Source: an uncultured Chloroflexia bacterium (GTDB lineage Bacteria; Chloroflexota; Limnocylindria; Limnocylindrales; CSP1-4). Taken from it: a DNA stretch of 64,000 nucleotides. Position 1 is the first letter of the stretch. Every line of letters starts with the position of its first letter. The stretch covers positions 37,053-101,052 of the forward strand of contig CAVVPT010000007.1 in assembly GCA_963750125.1 (NCBI GenBank), in the 5' to 3' direction. The notes under the pieces are model-generated. The model saw only the letters and a program-made list of their open reading frames with translations, searched no databases and was not told the DNA's origin. A program made the translations under genes and the position numbers. Positions 41,907 to 51,540 of this stretch are shown here, one piece after another.

Positions 41907-42802
41907 AGTCGTCGGTCGCTTTCTGCCATCCGCTTCTCTAGGCGGTCCTGGAAGAGCGAGAAGATGATCGTCAGGGCCCAGTAGACAAGGGCGGCCAGCA
42001 GCAGCGTCTCGAGGGTCCGGAAGTTGGACTGGCCGACCCGCTGGGCCCGCCACAGCAGTTCCTGAACGCCCATAAGCGAGACCAGCGCCGAGTCCTTGAT
42101 CATCGAGATGAAATCGTTGCCGATGGCCGGCGTGACGATCCGGACCGCCTGCGGGAGGATCACCCGGCGCATCGTCAGGCCATCGGTCATGCCGAGCGCA
42201 CCGGCTGCCTCAATCTGGCCGCGCGGGATGGCCTGGATGCCCGCCCGGAAGATCTCGGTCATGTACGCGCCGTAGTTGAACGCGAGCGCGAAGATCCCGA
42301 GGACGATCGTGGGGACGCCTGCAAAGCCGCTCCAGATCTGCGGCAGCGCCAGGTAGATGAACAGGATCTGGACGATCAGCGGCGTGCCGCGGACCAGCGA
42401 GACGTAGAAGCTCGCGATGCCGTAGATCACGGCGTTCGACGACAGGCGCCCGAGGGAGCCGAAGACCGCCAGGATCGTGGCGAGGAAGATCGACGTCACC
42501 GAGATGACCAGCGTTAGCGAGACGCCGCCGAGGATGTAGGCCTGCCATTCACCGAGGAATGTCTGGTCGATCTTGCCGGCCAGCCACAGGCCGCCGACCA
42601 GCACGCCAATCAGGACAAGCCAGGTGGCGGTGACAGTGAGGCGGAACCGAAGTCGCCGCCGGGCGCGTTGGCGCGCGATCTGGTCGACGATCGGGTCCAT
42701 GACCCGCTGGACGCTGCCGGGCTCGAGCGCCGCCTGCGCTTGCCCCGGTTGCCCGACGCTCATCGGGACCCTCCTCCCGGCTATGGACGACGCGGGCGCC
42801 AC
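41903..42802 (-). CDS. polar amino acid ABC transporter permease
   Basis: 299 aa. A typical His/Glu/Gln/Arg-type permease with TEIFRAGIQAIPRGQIEAAGALGM. Start is uncertain. Confidence 0.85.
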   Translation of the reverse strand: MAPASSIAGRRVPMSVGQPGQAQAALEPGSVQRVMDPIVDQIARQRARRRLRFRLTVTATWLVLIGVLVGGLWLAGKIDQTFLGEWQAYILGGVSLTLVISVTSIFLATILAVFGSLGRLSSNAVIYGIASFYVSLVRGTPLIVQILFIYLALPQIWSGFAGVPTIVLGIFALAFNYGAYMTEIFRAGIQAIPRGQIEAAGALGMTDGLTMRRVILPQAVRIVTPAIGNDFISMIKDSALVSLMGVQELLWRAQRVGQSNFRTLETLLLAALVYWALTIIFSLFQDRLEKRMAESDRRL

Positions 42803-42834
42803 CGTGGCGCCCCCGTCGGGTCAGTCCTGGGCGA

Positions 42835-43824
42835 TCAGCCCGGTTCCACTGTCAGGTCAAGCCCGTAGTACTTCTCGGACATCGCTTTTAGCGTGCCGTC
42901 CTCGCGCATGTCGGCGAGGATCTGGTTGACGCGCGTGACCATGTCGCTCGGGTCCGGGCCGCTCTTGTCGAACGCCACGGCGAGCGGCTCGTAAAAGACC
43001 GGGTCGCCCACAGCCATGACCGGTAGCCCGTCGTCGACGGCGTCCTTCACCGTCGTCACCGAGCTGAGCCAGCCGTCGAAGTCAGTGCGGCCCGCGCGCC
43101 ACGCCTCGGCGCACAGGCGGTCCGTGTCGAGGGTGGTTGCCGTCGCGCCTGCCGGCGGCGGCGTCTGCGGGGTGTCGATCCCGAACTCGAGCGTGCCGTT
43201 CAGCCATTCGAGGTACGTCGTGGCAATGGCAACGCAGATCGTTTTGCCGGCGAGGCCGTCGAGGGTCGTGATACCGCTATCGGGTTTTACCGCCATCTGG
43301 GCCGGCGTGTAGTAGTACGGATCCGTGAAGTCGAGCACTTCCTGGCGTGGCTTGGTGACCGCCATCGATCCCACGCTGAAGTCCCAGCGTCCGCCCCACG
43401 AGCCGGCTGTGATGACGTCCCAGCTCGGGGTCTCGAACGCGATCTCGACGCCGAGGCGCTTCGCGATCTCGGTCCCGACATCGATATCGAAGCCCTTGTA
43501 GGTCCCGTCAGCAGCCAGCTCGGACTGGGGCGGGTACTGCGGGTCGGTGGACATCTTGATCGTGCCCGCCTTGAGAACCGTGTCGAGCAGGCCGCCGGGG
43601 ATCGGCGAGGCGGCCGCCTCGCTAGCGGATGCGCTCCCAGCCGGTTCGCTCCCAGCCGGTTCGCTTGCTGCGGGCTCGCTGGCCGGCGGCTCGCTCGCCG
43701 CAGGCGCGCTTGAGGTGGTGCCGCCGCTGCTGGTGCATGCCCCAACCGCGATCGCGGCCACGGCCAGCACGATGATAAGAAGGCGGCCGCGCCGCCGGGC
43801 AGATCCGTCCACGTACTCCTCCAT
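42835..43824 (-). CDS. amino acid ABC substrate-binding lipoprotein (family 3 SBP)
   Basis: Lipobox AVGAC and a Ser/Ala/Glu/Pro linker with the repeat SEPAASEPAGSEPAGS. SBP_bac_3-like body. Start is the ATG at 43824 (the track offers a TTG at 43839). Confidence 0.85.
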   Translation of the reverse strand: MEEYVDGSARRRGRLLIIVLAVAAIAVGACTSSGGTTSSAPAASEPPASEPAASEPAGSEPAGSASASEAAASPIPGGLLDTVLKAGTIKMSTDPQYPPQSELAADGTYKGFDIDVGTEIAKRLGVEIAFETPSWDVITAGSWGGRWDFSVGSMAVTKPRQEVLDFTDPYYYTPAQMAVKPDSGITTLDGLAGKTICVAIATTYLEWLNGTLEFGIDTPQTPPPAGATATTLDTDRLCAEAWRAGRTDFDGWLSSVTTVKDAVDDGLPVMAVGDPVFYEPLAVAFDKSGPDPSDMVTRVNQILADMREDGTLKAMSEKYYGLDLTVEPG

Positions 43825-44063
43825 GACGCACCGTTCCAACGGGTGCGGCGATCATCTGTCCCCCGAGATGTCGGCCGGATGCGCGGCAGTGTCGCAGGAT
43901 TCCGCGCAAAGCGCGAGGATCGGCCACCGTGCAACTATCGGCCGATGCGAATCGCGGCCGTTCGGACACCGTCGCCGGCAATAACGACGGCCCCGAACTC
44001 GTGGCACGATTCGGGCGGCGCCAGGTGCTCAACGATCGGTCGCCGTAGTGGGCGGCCCCGGGA

Positions 44064-44753
44064 TCAGCTGCCAAGGAAGATGCCCGACACCTCTGCCCAG
44101 GTCGCTTCGATCGGCTCCGGGGCACCGACCGGCGGGAGCACCGCAGCCGAGCCCGGTGGCCGTAGCCACGCGACGCGAAACCCGAACGTGCCGGCCCCCG
44201 CGGCATCCCAGGCGTTACCCGTGACGAAGCCGATGCGGTCGGCTGTGAGGCCGCTCGCCTTCGTGCCGAGCTCGTACACCGCGGGATGCGGCTTGAACCG
44301 CTGGGCGGCGTCGACGGACAGGGCGTGGTCGACGTTCAGTCCCGTCCGTCGCATTACGGACTCGAGCGTTGCCGCGGACGCGTTCGTCAGGATTCCGGTT
44401 CGGAGGCCGCCTTCCCGGAGCGCGCCGAGCACGGGGAGAACCTCGGGAAGCAAGGGCAAGGCGGCGAAGGCGCCGGATGCGCGCGCGACTGCGTCCCTCT
44501 CGGCCGCCACGCCCATCTCGCGGAGCACGTGACCGAGCGCGTCCGCGGTGACTTGGTCGAAGTCGACCCACAGCTGCATCGCGGTCCGCAGCCACGACAG
44601 TTCGAGCTGTCGCGCCCGCCAGCGCGCCGCCAGCTCGACGCCTCGCCCGGGAACCAGTGCGTCGCAGGCGTCATCGAGCGGTCGGAGGGAGAGCAGCGTC
44701 CCGAACAGGTCGAACAGGACCGCGTCGACCGGCCGGCCGGCAGCGGCGGTCAC
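44064..44753 (-). CDS. haloacid dehalogenase type II (HAD superfamily)
   Basis: Motif I AVLFDLFGTLL, ILTNAS, C-terminal FVTGNAWDAAGAGTFGF. Its start overlaps the stop of the upstream synthetase gene. Confidence 0.8.
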   Translation of the reverse strand: MTAAAGRPVDAVLFDLFGTLLSLRPLDDACDALVPGRGVELAARWRARQLELSWLRTAMQLWVDFDQVTADALGHVLREMGVAAERDAVARASGAFAALPLLPEVLPVLGALREGGLRTGILTNASAATLESVMRRTGLNVDHALSVDAAQRFKPHPAVYELGTKASGLTADRIGFVTGNAWDAAGAGTFGFRVAWLRPPGSAAVLPPVGAPEPIEATWAEVSGIFLGS

Positions 44754-46657
44754 ACCTGGATCCCGGCCTTGAACTCCTCCAGCGCCCGCCGCGCCTCCTC
44801 GACCGAGCCTTCGTCCTCGATCGTGCTGATGTCACCCGGGTCGAGGTCGAGCGCGACGGCCTTGAGGACGCGCCGCATGATCTTGCCGCTGCGGGTCTTG
44901 GGAAGCATCGCGACGAACGACACGTGTTTGATCACCGCGATCGGGCCCAGCTCTCGTCGGACCGTCTGGAGCAGCTCCTGGCGCAGCTCGTCGGACGGTT
45001 CGTGGCCGGCCCGCAGCGCGACGAACGCCTCGATCACGGCGCCGCGCAACTCGTCTGGCACGCCGCTCACACCCGCTTCCGCCACGGCCGGGTGGCGCAG
45101 GAACGCGGTCTCGACTTCGATGGTCCCGATCCGGTGATCGGCGATCTTGATGATCTCGTCGGCCCGGCCGGCAAACCAGACATAACCGTCTTCGTCGATA
45201 TGGGCGGCATCGCCGACGTGGTACCCGTCGGGGACCTTGCGCCAGTAGTCGTCGACGTACCGCTCCGGCTCGCCCCACAGGGTTGGGATCAAGCCGGGGA
45301 ACGGCCGCTTGATCCGCATCACGCCCTTCTGGCCAACGGGCAGGGGCTGACCGTCCTGGTCGACGATGTCCGCCTCGATCCCGGGGAGCGCGATGCCCGC
45401 GGAACCGGGCTTGATCGGCAGCATCTCGATCCCGTACGGGTTGCCGAAGATCGGCCCCGCCGTCTCGGTCTGCCACATGTGGTCGATGACCGGGATGCGG
45501 TCCTCGAAGACGGTCTTCTGGAGCCACTCCCAGGCAGGGGCGTTGAGGACCTCGCCCGCCGAGAACAGCCGCTCGAGGGTATGGAGGTCGTGCTGCCTGG
45601 GGAACTCCTCGCCGTAGCGCATCAACAGCCGGATCCCGGTCGGTGACGTGAAGATGCCGGTCACGCGCTCGCGCTCGATGATCGACCACACCGTGTTGGG
45701 GTCGGGATAGTCGATCGCGCCCTCGTAGGCCAGCGTGGTGGCACCCGCCATCAGCGGCGCGTAGACGATGTACGCGTGGCCGACCGCCCAGCCGATGTCG
45801 GACGTCGACCACCACGTCTCGCCCTGCCGCAGGCCCATGACCCAGTCGCCCATTGCGGCGATGTGCACCGCAAAGCCGCCGTGCGTGTGCACGGCGAGCT
45901 TCGGTTTGGCGGTCGTACCCGACGTGGCGAGGATGAAGGCCGGATCGGTGGCGAGCGTGTCCTCGGCCGCGCCCGACTGGCCCTCGCCGGCGGCGAGGAA
46001 TTCGTCCCACGACAGCTCGCCGTCGCGTGGTGGCCTGGCCGTGTCCGTTCGTCGGACCACGATCAGGTGCTCCACGTCGTTCGGGGCGGCGTCGAGCGCC
46101 TCGTCGACCAGCGAAAGCAGGTCGATGTCGCGGCCCTTCCGGAACGTGATGTCGCTGGTAAGCAGGAGGCGCGAGCCGCTCGCCCTGACGCGTTCGCCGA
46201 GCGCGCCGGCACCGAAGCCCGCGAACACGACGCAGTGCATCGCCCCGATCCGCGCGGTCGCGAGCATGGCGATGATCGCCTCCGCCGTGGTCGGGATGTA
46301 GATCGTGAGGCGGTCGCCCTTGCCGATGCCGAGTCCGCGCAGGCCGGCGGCGACGCGCTCGACCTCGGTGAGGAGCTGGGCGTAGGTCAGGGAGCGGCGG
46401 CCACCACGCTCGTCGAGGGTGATGAGGGCGACCTGATCGCCACGTCCGGCGGCGACGTGCCGATCCAGCGAGTTGACGGACATGTTGGTCCGCCCGCCGG
46501 GGAACCAGCGGAAGGACGGCGGGTCGGGCTGCTCGAACGCGCGATCGGGCGGGCGGGTCCAGTCGAGGCGCTGAGCCTCTTTCAGCCAGAAGGCCTCTGG
46601 ATCGTCGAGGGAGCTGCGATAGAAGGCGTCGTACCTGGCTCGAGCCTCGGCCACCAT
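44750..46657 (-). CDS. acetate/propionate-CoA ligase family acyl-CoA synthetase (AMP-forming)
   Basis: 635 aa. FWLKEAQRLDW, AMP-binding motif ILATSGTTAKPKLAVHTHGG, C-terminal LPKTRSGKIMRR. Confidence 0.85.
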   Translation of the reverse strand: MVAEARARYDAFYRSSLDDPEAFWLKEAQRLDWTRPPDRAFEQPDPPSFRWFPGGRTNMSVNSLDRHVAAGRGDQVALITLDERGGRRSLTYAQLLTEVERVAAGLRGLGIGKGDRLTIYIPTTAEAIIAMLATARIGAMHCVVFAGFGAGALGERVRASGSRLLLTSDITFRKGRDIDLLSLVDEALDAAPNDVEHLIVVRRTDTARPPRDGELSWDEFLAAGEGQSGAAEDTLATDPAFILATSGTTAKPKLAVHTHGGFAVHIAAMGDWVMGLRQGETWWSTSDIGWAVGHAYIVYAPLMAGATTLAYEGAIDYPDPNTVWSIIERERVTGIFTSPTGIRLLMRYGEEFPRQHDLHTLERLFSAGEVLNAPAWEWLQKTVFEDRIPVIDHMWQTETAGPIFGNPYGIEMLPIKPGSAGIALPGIEADIVDQDGQPLPVGQKGVMRIKRPFPGLIPTLWGEPERYVDDYWRKVPDGYHVGDAAHIDEDGYVWFAGRADEIIKIADHRIGTIEVETAFLRHPAVAEAGVSGVPDELRGAVIEAFVALRAGHEPSDELRQELLQTVRRELGPIAVIKHVSFVAMLPKTRSGKIMRRVLKAVALDLDPGDISTIEDEGSVEEARRALEEFKAGIQV

Positions 46658-46676
46658 CGCCGCTCCCTCCTGCGCG

Positions 46677-48161
46677 TTACCCCGATGCGGTCCGCCGTGC
46701 TCCTGCCGAGGCCGGGCTGGTCTCGCCGGTCACCTGGCGTAGCTCGGCGGTCTCGCCGCCGACTTCGTCCCAGATCCTGACATGCCTCGTCTCGCGAATG
46801 AAGAGGCCCCCGATGATGATCGTCATGACGGCGACCGCGATCGGGTAGATCAGGGGCGCGATGAGGTTACCAGTCGCTGCGATGATCGCGGCCGCGATCA
46901 GTGGCAGGAAGCCACCGAACCAGCCGTTTCCGATGTGGTACGGGATCGACAGGCTCGTGTAGCGGATCCGTGCCTGGAAGAACTCGACGAGGAACGCCGC
47001 GATCGGGCCGTAGACCATCGTCACGTAGAAGATCTGGATGAAGACGAGCGCGATCAGCGGCACGATGTCCGGTTGCGCGATGGAGGGTTCGCCAGCGGCG
47101 TCCACGTAGCGGCCCTTGCTGGGGTCGAACGTGCCGGTCGGATGCGCGAACTGGATCATCAGGTTGTAGATCGGCACATACGTGATCGCCGCCAGCGCGC
47201 AGCCGCCGAGGATGATCACCTTCCTCCCGATTCGGTCCGAGAGGCGGCCGAAGATCAGGAAGAACGGGGTCGCGAGGACGATCGCCGTGCCAACGATCAG
47301 GTAGGCGTCCTGGTAGCGCACCCCGAGGTTCGTGCCAAGAAAGAACAGCGCCTGGAACTGCCCCTGGTACCAGACCACTGCCTGGCCGGCGGTCGCGCCG
47401 AAGAGGGCGAGCAGGATCAGCCGGCGGTTGCGCGGGTCGCCGAAGCTCTCGCGCCACGGCGCCGTCGAGCTCTTTCCCTGGTCCTTGAGCCGGCTGAACA
47501 GGGGCGTCTCCTGGAGGCGCAGCCGGATGATCACGGCAATCACGACAAGGATGGCGGAGAGGAGGAACGGGATCCGCCAGCCCCACGCCGTGAATTCCTC
47601 CGCGGACATCGACGAGCGGGTCACGAAGATCAGGACGAGCGCGAGCAGCAACCCGAGCGTGGCGGTCGTCTGGATCCAGGAGGTGTTCCCGCCGCGCTTC
47701 TCATCGTTGCTGTGCTCCGCCACGTAGATCGCCGCGCCGCCGTATTCGCCACCGAGCGCGAGGCCCTGGGCCAGTCGGAGCGTGACGAGCAGGAGCGGCG
47801 CGAGGATGCCGATCTGGGCGTACGTCGGCAGGACGCCGACGAGGGCGGTCGACACGCCCATGACGGTGATGGTCAACAGGAACGTGAACTTGCGGCCGAC
47901 GATGTCGCCGATGCGGCCGAAGACCGCGGCGCCGAAGGGCCGAACCGCGAACCCGGCTCCGAACGTTGCGAGCGAGGCGAGCAGCGCAGCAGTTTCGTTG
48001 CCCGGCGGGAAGAACTGCGTGGAGAAGAACGCGGCGAGCACGCCGTACAGGTAGAAGTCGTACCACTCGATGATGGTGCCCGCCGCCGAGGCGCTGATCA
48101 CGAATGGCAACTTGTAGTCATAGCGACGTTGGGCGGTGGAAACGGCAGTTGCAGTTGCCAC
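46677..48161 (-). CDS. MFS transporter, metabolite:H+ symporter (MHS) type
   Basis: The GTG at 48161 lies 7 nt after AGGAGGA. GTIIEWYDFYLYG, GRIGDIVGRKF, 12 TM segments. Confidence 0.85.
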   Translation of the reverse strand: MATATAVSTAQRRYDYKLPFVISASAAGTIIEWYDFYLYGVLAAFFSTQFFPPGNETAALLASLATFGAGFAVRPFGAAVFGRIGDIVGRKFTFLLTITVMGVSTALVGVLPTYAQIGILAPLLLVTLRLAQGLALGGEYGGAAIYVAEHSNDEKRGGNTSWIQTTATLGLLLALVLIFVTRSSMSAEEFTAWGWRIPFLLSAILVVIAVIIRLRLQETPLFSRLKDQGKSSTAPWRESFGDPRNRRLILLALFGATAGQAVVWYQGQFQALFFLGTNLGVRYQDAYLIVGTAIVLATPFFLIFGRLSDRIGRKVIILGGCALAAITYVPIYNLMIQFAHPTGTFDPSKGRYVDAAGEPSIAQPDIVPLIALVFIQIFYVTMVYGPIAAFLVEFFQARIRYTSLSIPYHIGNGWFGGFLPLIAAAIIAATGNLIAPLIYPIAVAVMTIIIGGLFIRETRHVRIWDEVGGETAELRQVTGETSPASAGARRTASG

Positions 48162-48296
48162 GATCCGATCCTCCTGTGGGCGCACGAGGTTTCGTCGGGG
48201 CCAGGGCCTCATCGCAAATATGCGGCGAGGCACAACGGATACCGCGAGAAGTGCCCCGTTCGGACTTTCAGCTTTGTGACAGGTCCATAACAGCGC

Positions 48297-50018
48297 TCAG
48301 GCGCGCGGCAAAAGGGCCTCGAAGCGGGCGCGGACCTCGGCGGCGGCGGAGGCGTCCAGGGCTTCCCGCGCGGTTTTTCGGAGCTCGCCCGCGTCGGCGG
48401 CGCGGATGGCCCGGCGGACCGGCGCAAGGCTCGAGGCGGCCATGCTCAGGACGCTGACGCCGAGCCCCACGAGTGCCAGCGCCGCGGCCGGGTCACCACC
48501 CATCTCACCGCACACCGACAGCTCGACTCCGGCCGCGTCCGCGTCCGTCGCGGCGGACGCGATCAGGCGCAGCAGCGCCGGGTGGAGCGAATCGCGGTAG
48601 CGCTCGAGCGCTGCGTTGCCGCGGTCGGCGGCAAGCGTGTACTGGAGCAGGTCATTGGTGCCCAGGCTGGCGAACCGGATCCGGTCGAAGAAGCTCGGCG
48701 CGACGAGGACGGCCGAGGGGATCTCGAGCATCACGCCCAGCTCGATCTCGCCATGGGGGAGGCCTTCCGCGTCGAGTTCTGCCCGGGCACGCTCCGCCAG
48801 CTCGAGGAGCACGCCGACGTCGCCCGCGTCCGCGACCATCGGTGCCATTACCTTGACGCGGCCGCCGGCGGCTGCGCGCATCGCGGCCCGCAGCTGGGTG
48901 ACGAACAGGTCAGGTTGCTCGCCGGCCAGGCGCAGCGCGCGAACGCCGAGAAACGGGTTCGCCTCGGCCGGTATCGGCAACCACGGGATCGGCTTGTCCC
49001 CGCCGACATCGAGCAGGCGGATCGTCACGGGGCCCGGAGCGAACGCGTTGACGACCGCTCGGTTGACCGCCACCTGCTCGTCCTCGGACGGTGCCGCCGG
49101 GCGCTCGACGAACAGGAACTCGGTGCGGAACAGGCCAACGCCTCGGGCGCCGAGCGCGACCGCCCGCTCTGCCTCGGCCGGGGTGCCGATGTTGGCGAGC
49201 AGCGTGACCTCGACCCCGTCGTGGGTCACCGCCGGCAGCGAGGCCTCCTCGAGCGCCCGGCGGGCGGCCTCGTCGGCAGCAGCGCGGCGGCCTTCGAGGC
49301 GGCTCGCGGTCGTCGTATCGGGTTCGAACACGACCTCGCCGCTGTCGCCGTCGACGACGGCCACCGCTTCGACCGCGCCGCCCAGCGATCGGGCGGTTTC
49401 CAGCAGGCCCGCAACGCCGACCACCGCGGGGATCCCGAACGCCCGGGCGAGGATCGCGGCATGCGATGTCGCAGACCCCGATTGCAAGGCCATCCCGAGC
49501 AGCCGCTCGCGCGGCAAGCTGGCGGCGATCGATGGGGGGATGTCCTCGGCCACGACGATCGAAGGGCGGTCGAGGGTCACCGTCCGGTCCACACCGGCCA
49601 GGCGCGCGGCGATCCGCTCCGCGACGTCGAGGACGTCCGCTGCGCGAGCGGCAAGGAGTTCGTCGCCGAGCGCGCGAAGCTGGACTGCCACGTCCTCCGC
49701 GGCGATCCGGATCGCGCCGATCGCGTCGTGGCCCTCGCCGATCGCCGTCGTCGCGGCGTCCAGCAGCGAGGGATCGCGGGCCATCATCGCCTGGGCGTCG
49801 AAGATCTCGCCCTCGTCGCGACCGGCCGACGTCAGTTCGGCGGCCAGGGCCTCGAGCTCTGCGGCGGCCGCATCGCGAGCGACCCGCAGGCGGTCCAGCT
49901 CCGCGTCGGCCTGCCCGGGCGCGATTCGCCCGCCGGCAGGCACCTCGCCTGCCCCGAGGACGACCCACGGCCCGCGTGCCACCCCCGTCGAGGCCGGGAT
50001 CCCCTGGACGGTCCGCAT
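48297..50018 (-). CDS. ptsI: phosphoenolpyruvate-protein phosphotransferase (PTS enzyme I)
   Basis: 573 aa. The phospho-histidine region is SGSATSHAAILARAFGIPAVVG. PEP-utilising C-terminal barrel (GLFRTEFLF, FASLGTNDLLQYTLA). Confidence 0.85.
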   Translation of the reverse strand: MRTVQGIPASTGVARGPWVVLGAGEVPAGGRIAPGQADAELDRLRVARDAAAAELEALAAELTSAGRDEGEIFDAQAMMARDPSLLDAATTAIGEGHDAIGAIRIAAEDVAVQLRALGDELLAARAADVLDVAERIAARLAGVDRTVTLDRPSIVVAEDIPPSIAASLPRERLLGMALQSGSATSHAAILARAFGIPAVVGVAGLLETARSLGGAVEAVAVVDGDSGEVVFEPDTTTASRLEGRRAAADEAARRALEEASLPAVTHDGVEVTLLANIGTPAEAERAVALGARGVGLFRTEFLFVERPAAPSEDEQVAVNRAVVNAFAPGPVTIRLLDVGGDKPIPWLPIPAEANPFLGVRALRLAGEQPDLFVTQLRAAMRAAAGGRVKVMAPMVADAGDVGVLLELAERARAELDAEGLPHGEIELGVMLEIPSAVLVAPSFFDRIRFASLGTNDLLQYTLAADRGNAALERYRDSLHPALLRLIASAATDADAAGVELSVCGEMGGDPAAALALVGLGVSVLSMAASSLAPVRRAIRAADAGELRKTAREALDASAAAEVRARFEALLPRA

Positions 50019-50034
50019 CGAACCGGGCCGGCCG

Positions 50035-50979
50035 TCAGAGTCCGCTGTAGGCGTGAAGGCCGGAGAACCAGAGCGAGCCGGAGTAGGTGACGAGGACCAT
50101 CCCGAAGCCGATGACGAGCAGCAGTGCCGCCGGGCGGCCGGCCCACGACTTCTGATTGCGGGCGTGGAGGTAGACCGCGTACGTGAGCCATGTCACCAGC
50201 GCCGCGGTCTCTTTCGGGTCCCAGCCCCAGTAGCGCGACCACGCGATCGACGCCCACCACGAGCCGAGGATGATCATCGTCGCGAAGATCGGGAAGCCGA
50301 TGATCACCGCCCGATAGGCAACCTCGTCGAGCACCTTGTGCGACGGCAGCCATGAGAACCGGTCGGTCTTGCCCTGGACGAGGTATGCGACACCGGCCGC
50401 GAAGCTCGTGGCGAATGTTCCGTACGAGATGACCGCCAGGCCGACGTGGATGGTCAGCAGCGGCGGATTGTGGAGCGCCGGCTGGAGCGCCTCGATCGCC
50501 GACGGCAGGCTCGACGCGTAGAGCAGTAGCCCGAACGCGACGCCGACCGGGATGAACCCGATCGAGCGGATCGGGTAGCGCCGCTGCAGCAGCAGGTAGC
50601 CACCGACGATCGACGTGGCGAAGGCCGTGCTGAACTCGTAGAGGTTGCCCCACGGGCCCCGGCCAACGATCACGCCGCGGATCGCGAGCGATGCAAGGAG
50701 CGAGGCGAAGGCACCGACGGCAAGCCATATCGCGAGGCGCGACAGCGGGCTCGGCGACGCGGACAGGTCAGGGCCCGAGGCGGCGGCCTGCTCCTGGCTG
50801 GCGACGAAGGAGCCCGTGACGACGCCCGCGTACGCGGGCTGGCGGGCCGGGGCGAGCGTGAGAACCCGCCGCCCGTTCGCGAGCATCACGGCATGCCCGA
50901 CGTGGGCAGCGAACGACAGTGCGACGAGGATCGTGCCAGCGGAGAAGAGCGCGAAGGAGAGCGGTTCAAACGACTGCAT
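50035..50979 (-). CDS. ccsA: cytochrome c biogenesis protein CcsA/ResC (system II heme handling)
   Basis: 314 aa polytopic protein. Trp-rich motif WSRYWGWDPKETAALVTWL. Confidence 0.85.
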   Translation of the reverse strand: MQSFEPLSFALFSAGTILVALSFAAHVGHAVMLANGRRVLTLAPARQPAYAGVVTGSFVASQEQAAASGPDLSASPSPLSRLAIWLAVGAFASLLASLAIRGVIVGRGPWGNLYEFSTAFATSIVGGYLLLQRRYPIRSIGFIPVGVAFGLLLYASSLPSAIEALQPALHNPPLLTIHVGLAVISYGTFATSFAAGVAYLVQGKTDRFSWLPSHKVLDEVAYRAVIIGFPIFATMIILGSWWASIAWSRYWGWDPKETAALVTWLTYAVYLHARNQKSWAGRPAALLLVIGFGMVLVTYSGSLWFSGLHAYSGL

Positions 50980-51026
50980 GGCTTCGCCTCAGGGACGCGT
51001 CCGGCGCGCCGTCGGTTTCACGGGAC

Positions 51027-51503
51027 TCAGGCGACGGCCGCGCCGCCGGGCTTCGGGCGGCCCCGGCGCACGGCCAGCGGGCGGGTCTCGATCTTCAGGA
51101 CGAGGCCGCAGTTCCCGCAGGTGTCGATCTCGGCATTGCGGCCCACGCCGCACATCGGGCAGATCACGGCAAGGTCGTCACGGCAGATGTCGCAGCGGAC
51201 CATGCCCGACGCATAGACCAGCGCGTCGCGGCGGCAGTGGGGGAGGCCCGGTGGGAAGATCGGCTGGCCCGCCTCGTCGAGCTCGGCCTTACGCGGCCCT
51301 TCCTCATAGGAAACCTTGATGCGCGGCTTGCGCACCTGGTACAGGAAGATGCCGAGGGCGGTGAACGTCAGGAGGGGCCCGACCACCCCGAGGAAAATGA
51401 GGATCGGCAGCAGGCCGATGAGTGACGCCCAGTCGGGGAGCACGAACAGGGACGCCGTCTCGAGGATCGTGTCCCAGAGCCCTTCGATCGCATCGATCAG
51501 CAT
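51027..51503 (-). CDS. membrane protein with C-terminal double-CxxC zinc-ribbon
   Basis: 158 aa. Two TM helices followed by CDICRDDLAVICPMCG..CGNCG. Confidence 0.55.
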   Translation of the reverse strand: MLIDAIEGLWDTILETASLFVLPDWASLIGLLPILIFLGVVGPLLTFTALGIFLYQVRKPRIKVSYEEGPRKAELDEAGQPIFPPGLPHCRRDALVYASGMVRCDICRDDLAVICPMCGVGRNAEIDTCGNCGLVLKIETRPLAVRRGRPKPGGAAVA

Positions 51504-51540
51504 GTCGTCGGCATCCTAGCAGCCGGCGCGATGACCGGCC

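Noticed and set aside
43840-44063. A 224 bp leader upstream of the amino-acid ABC operon might hold a riboswitch or attenuator.
   Set aside because: It contains only short generic GC hairpins. I recognised no conserved riboswitch core.
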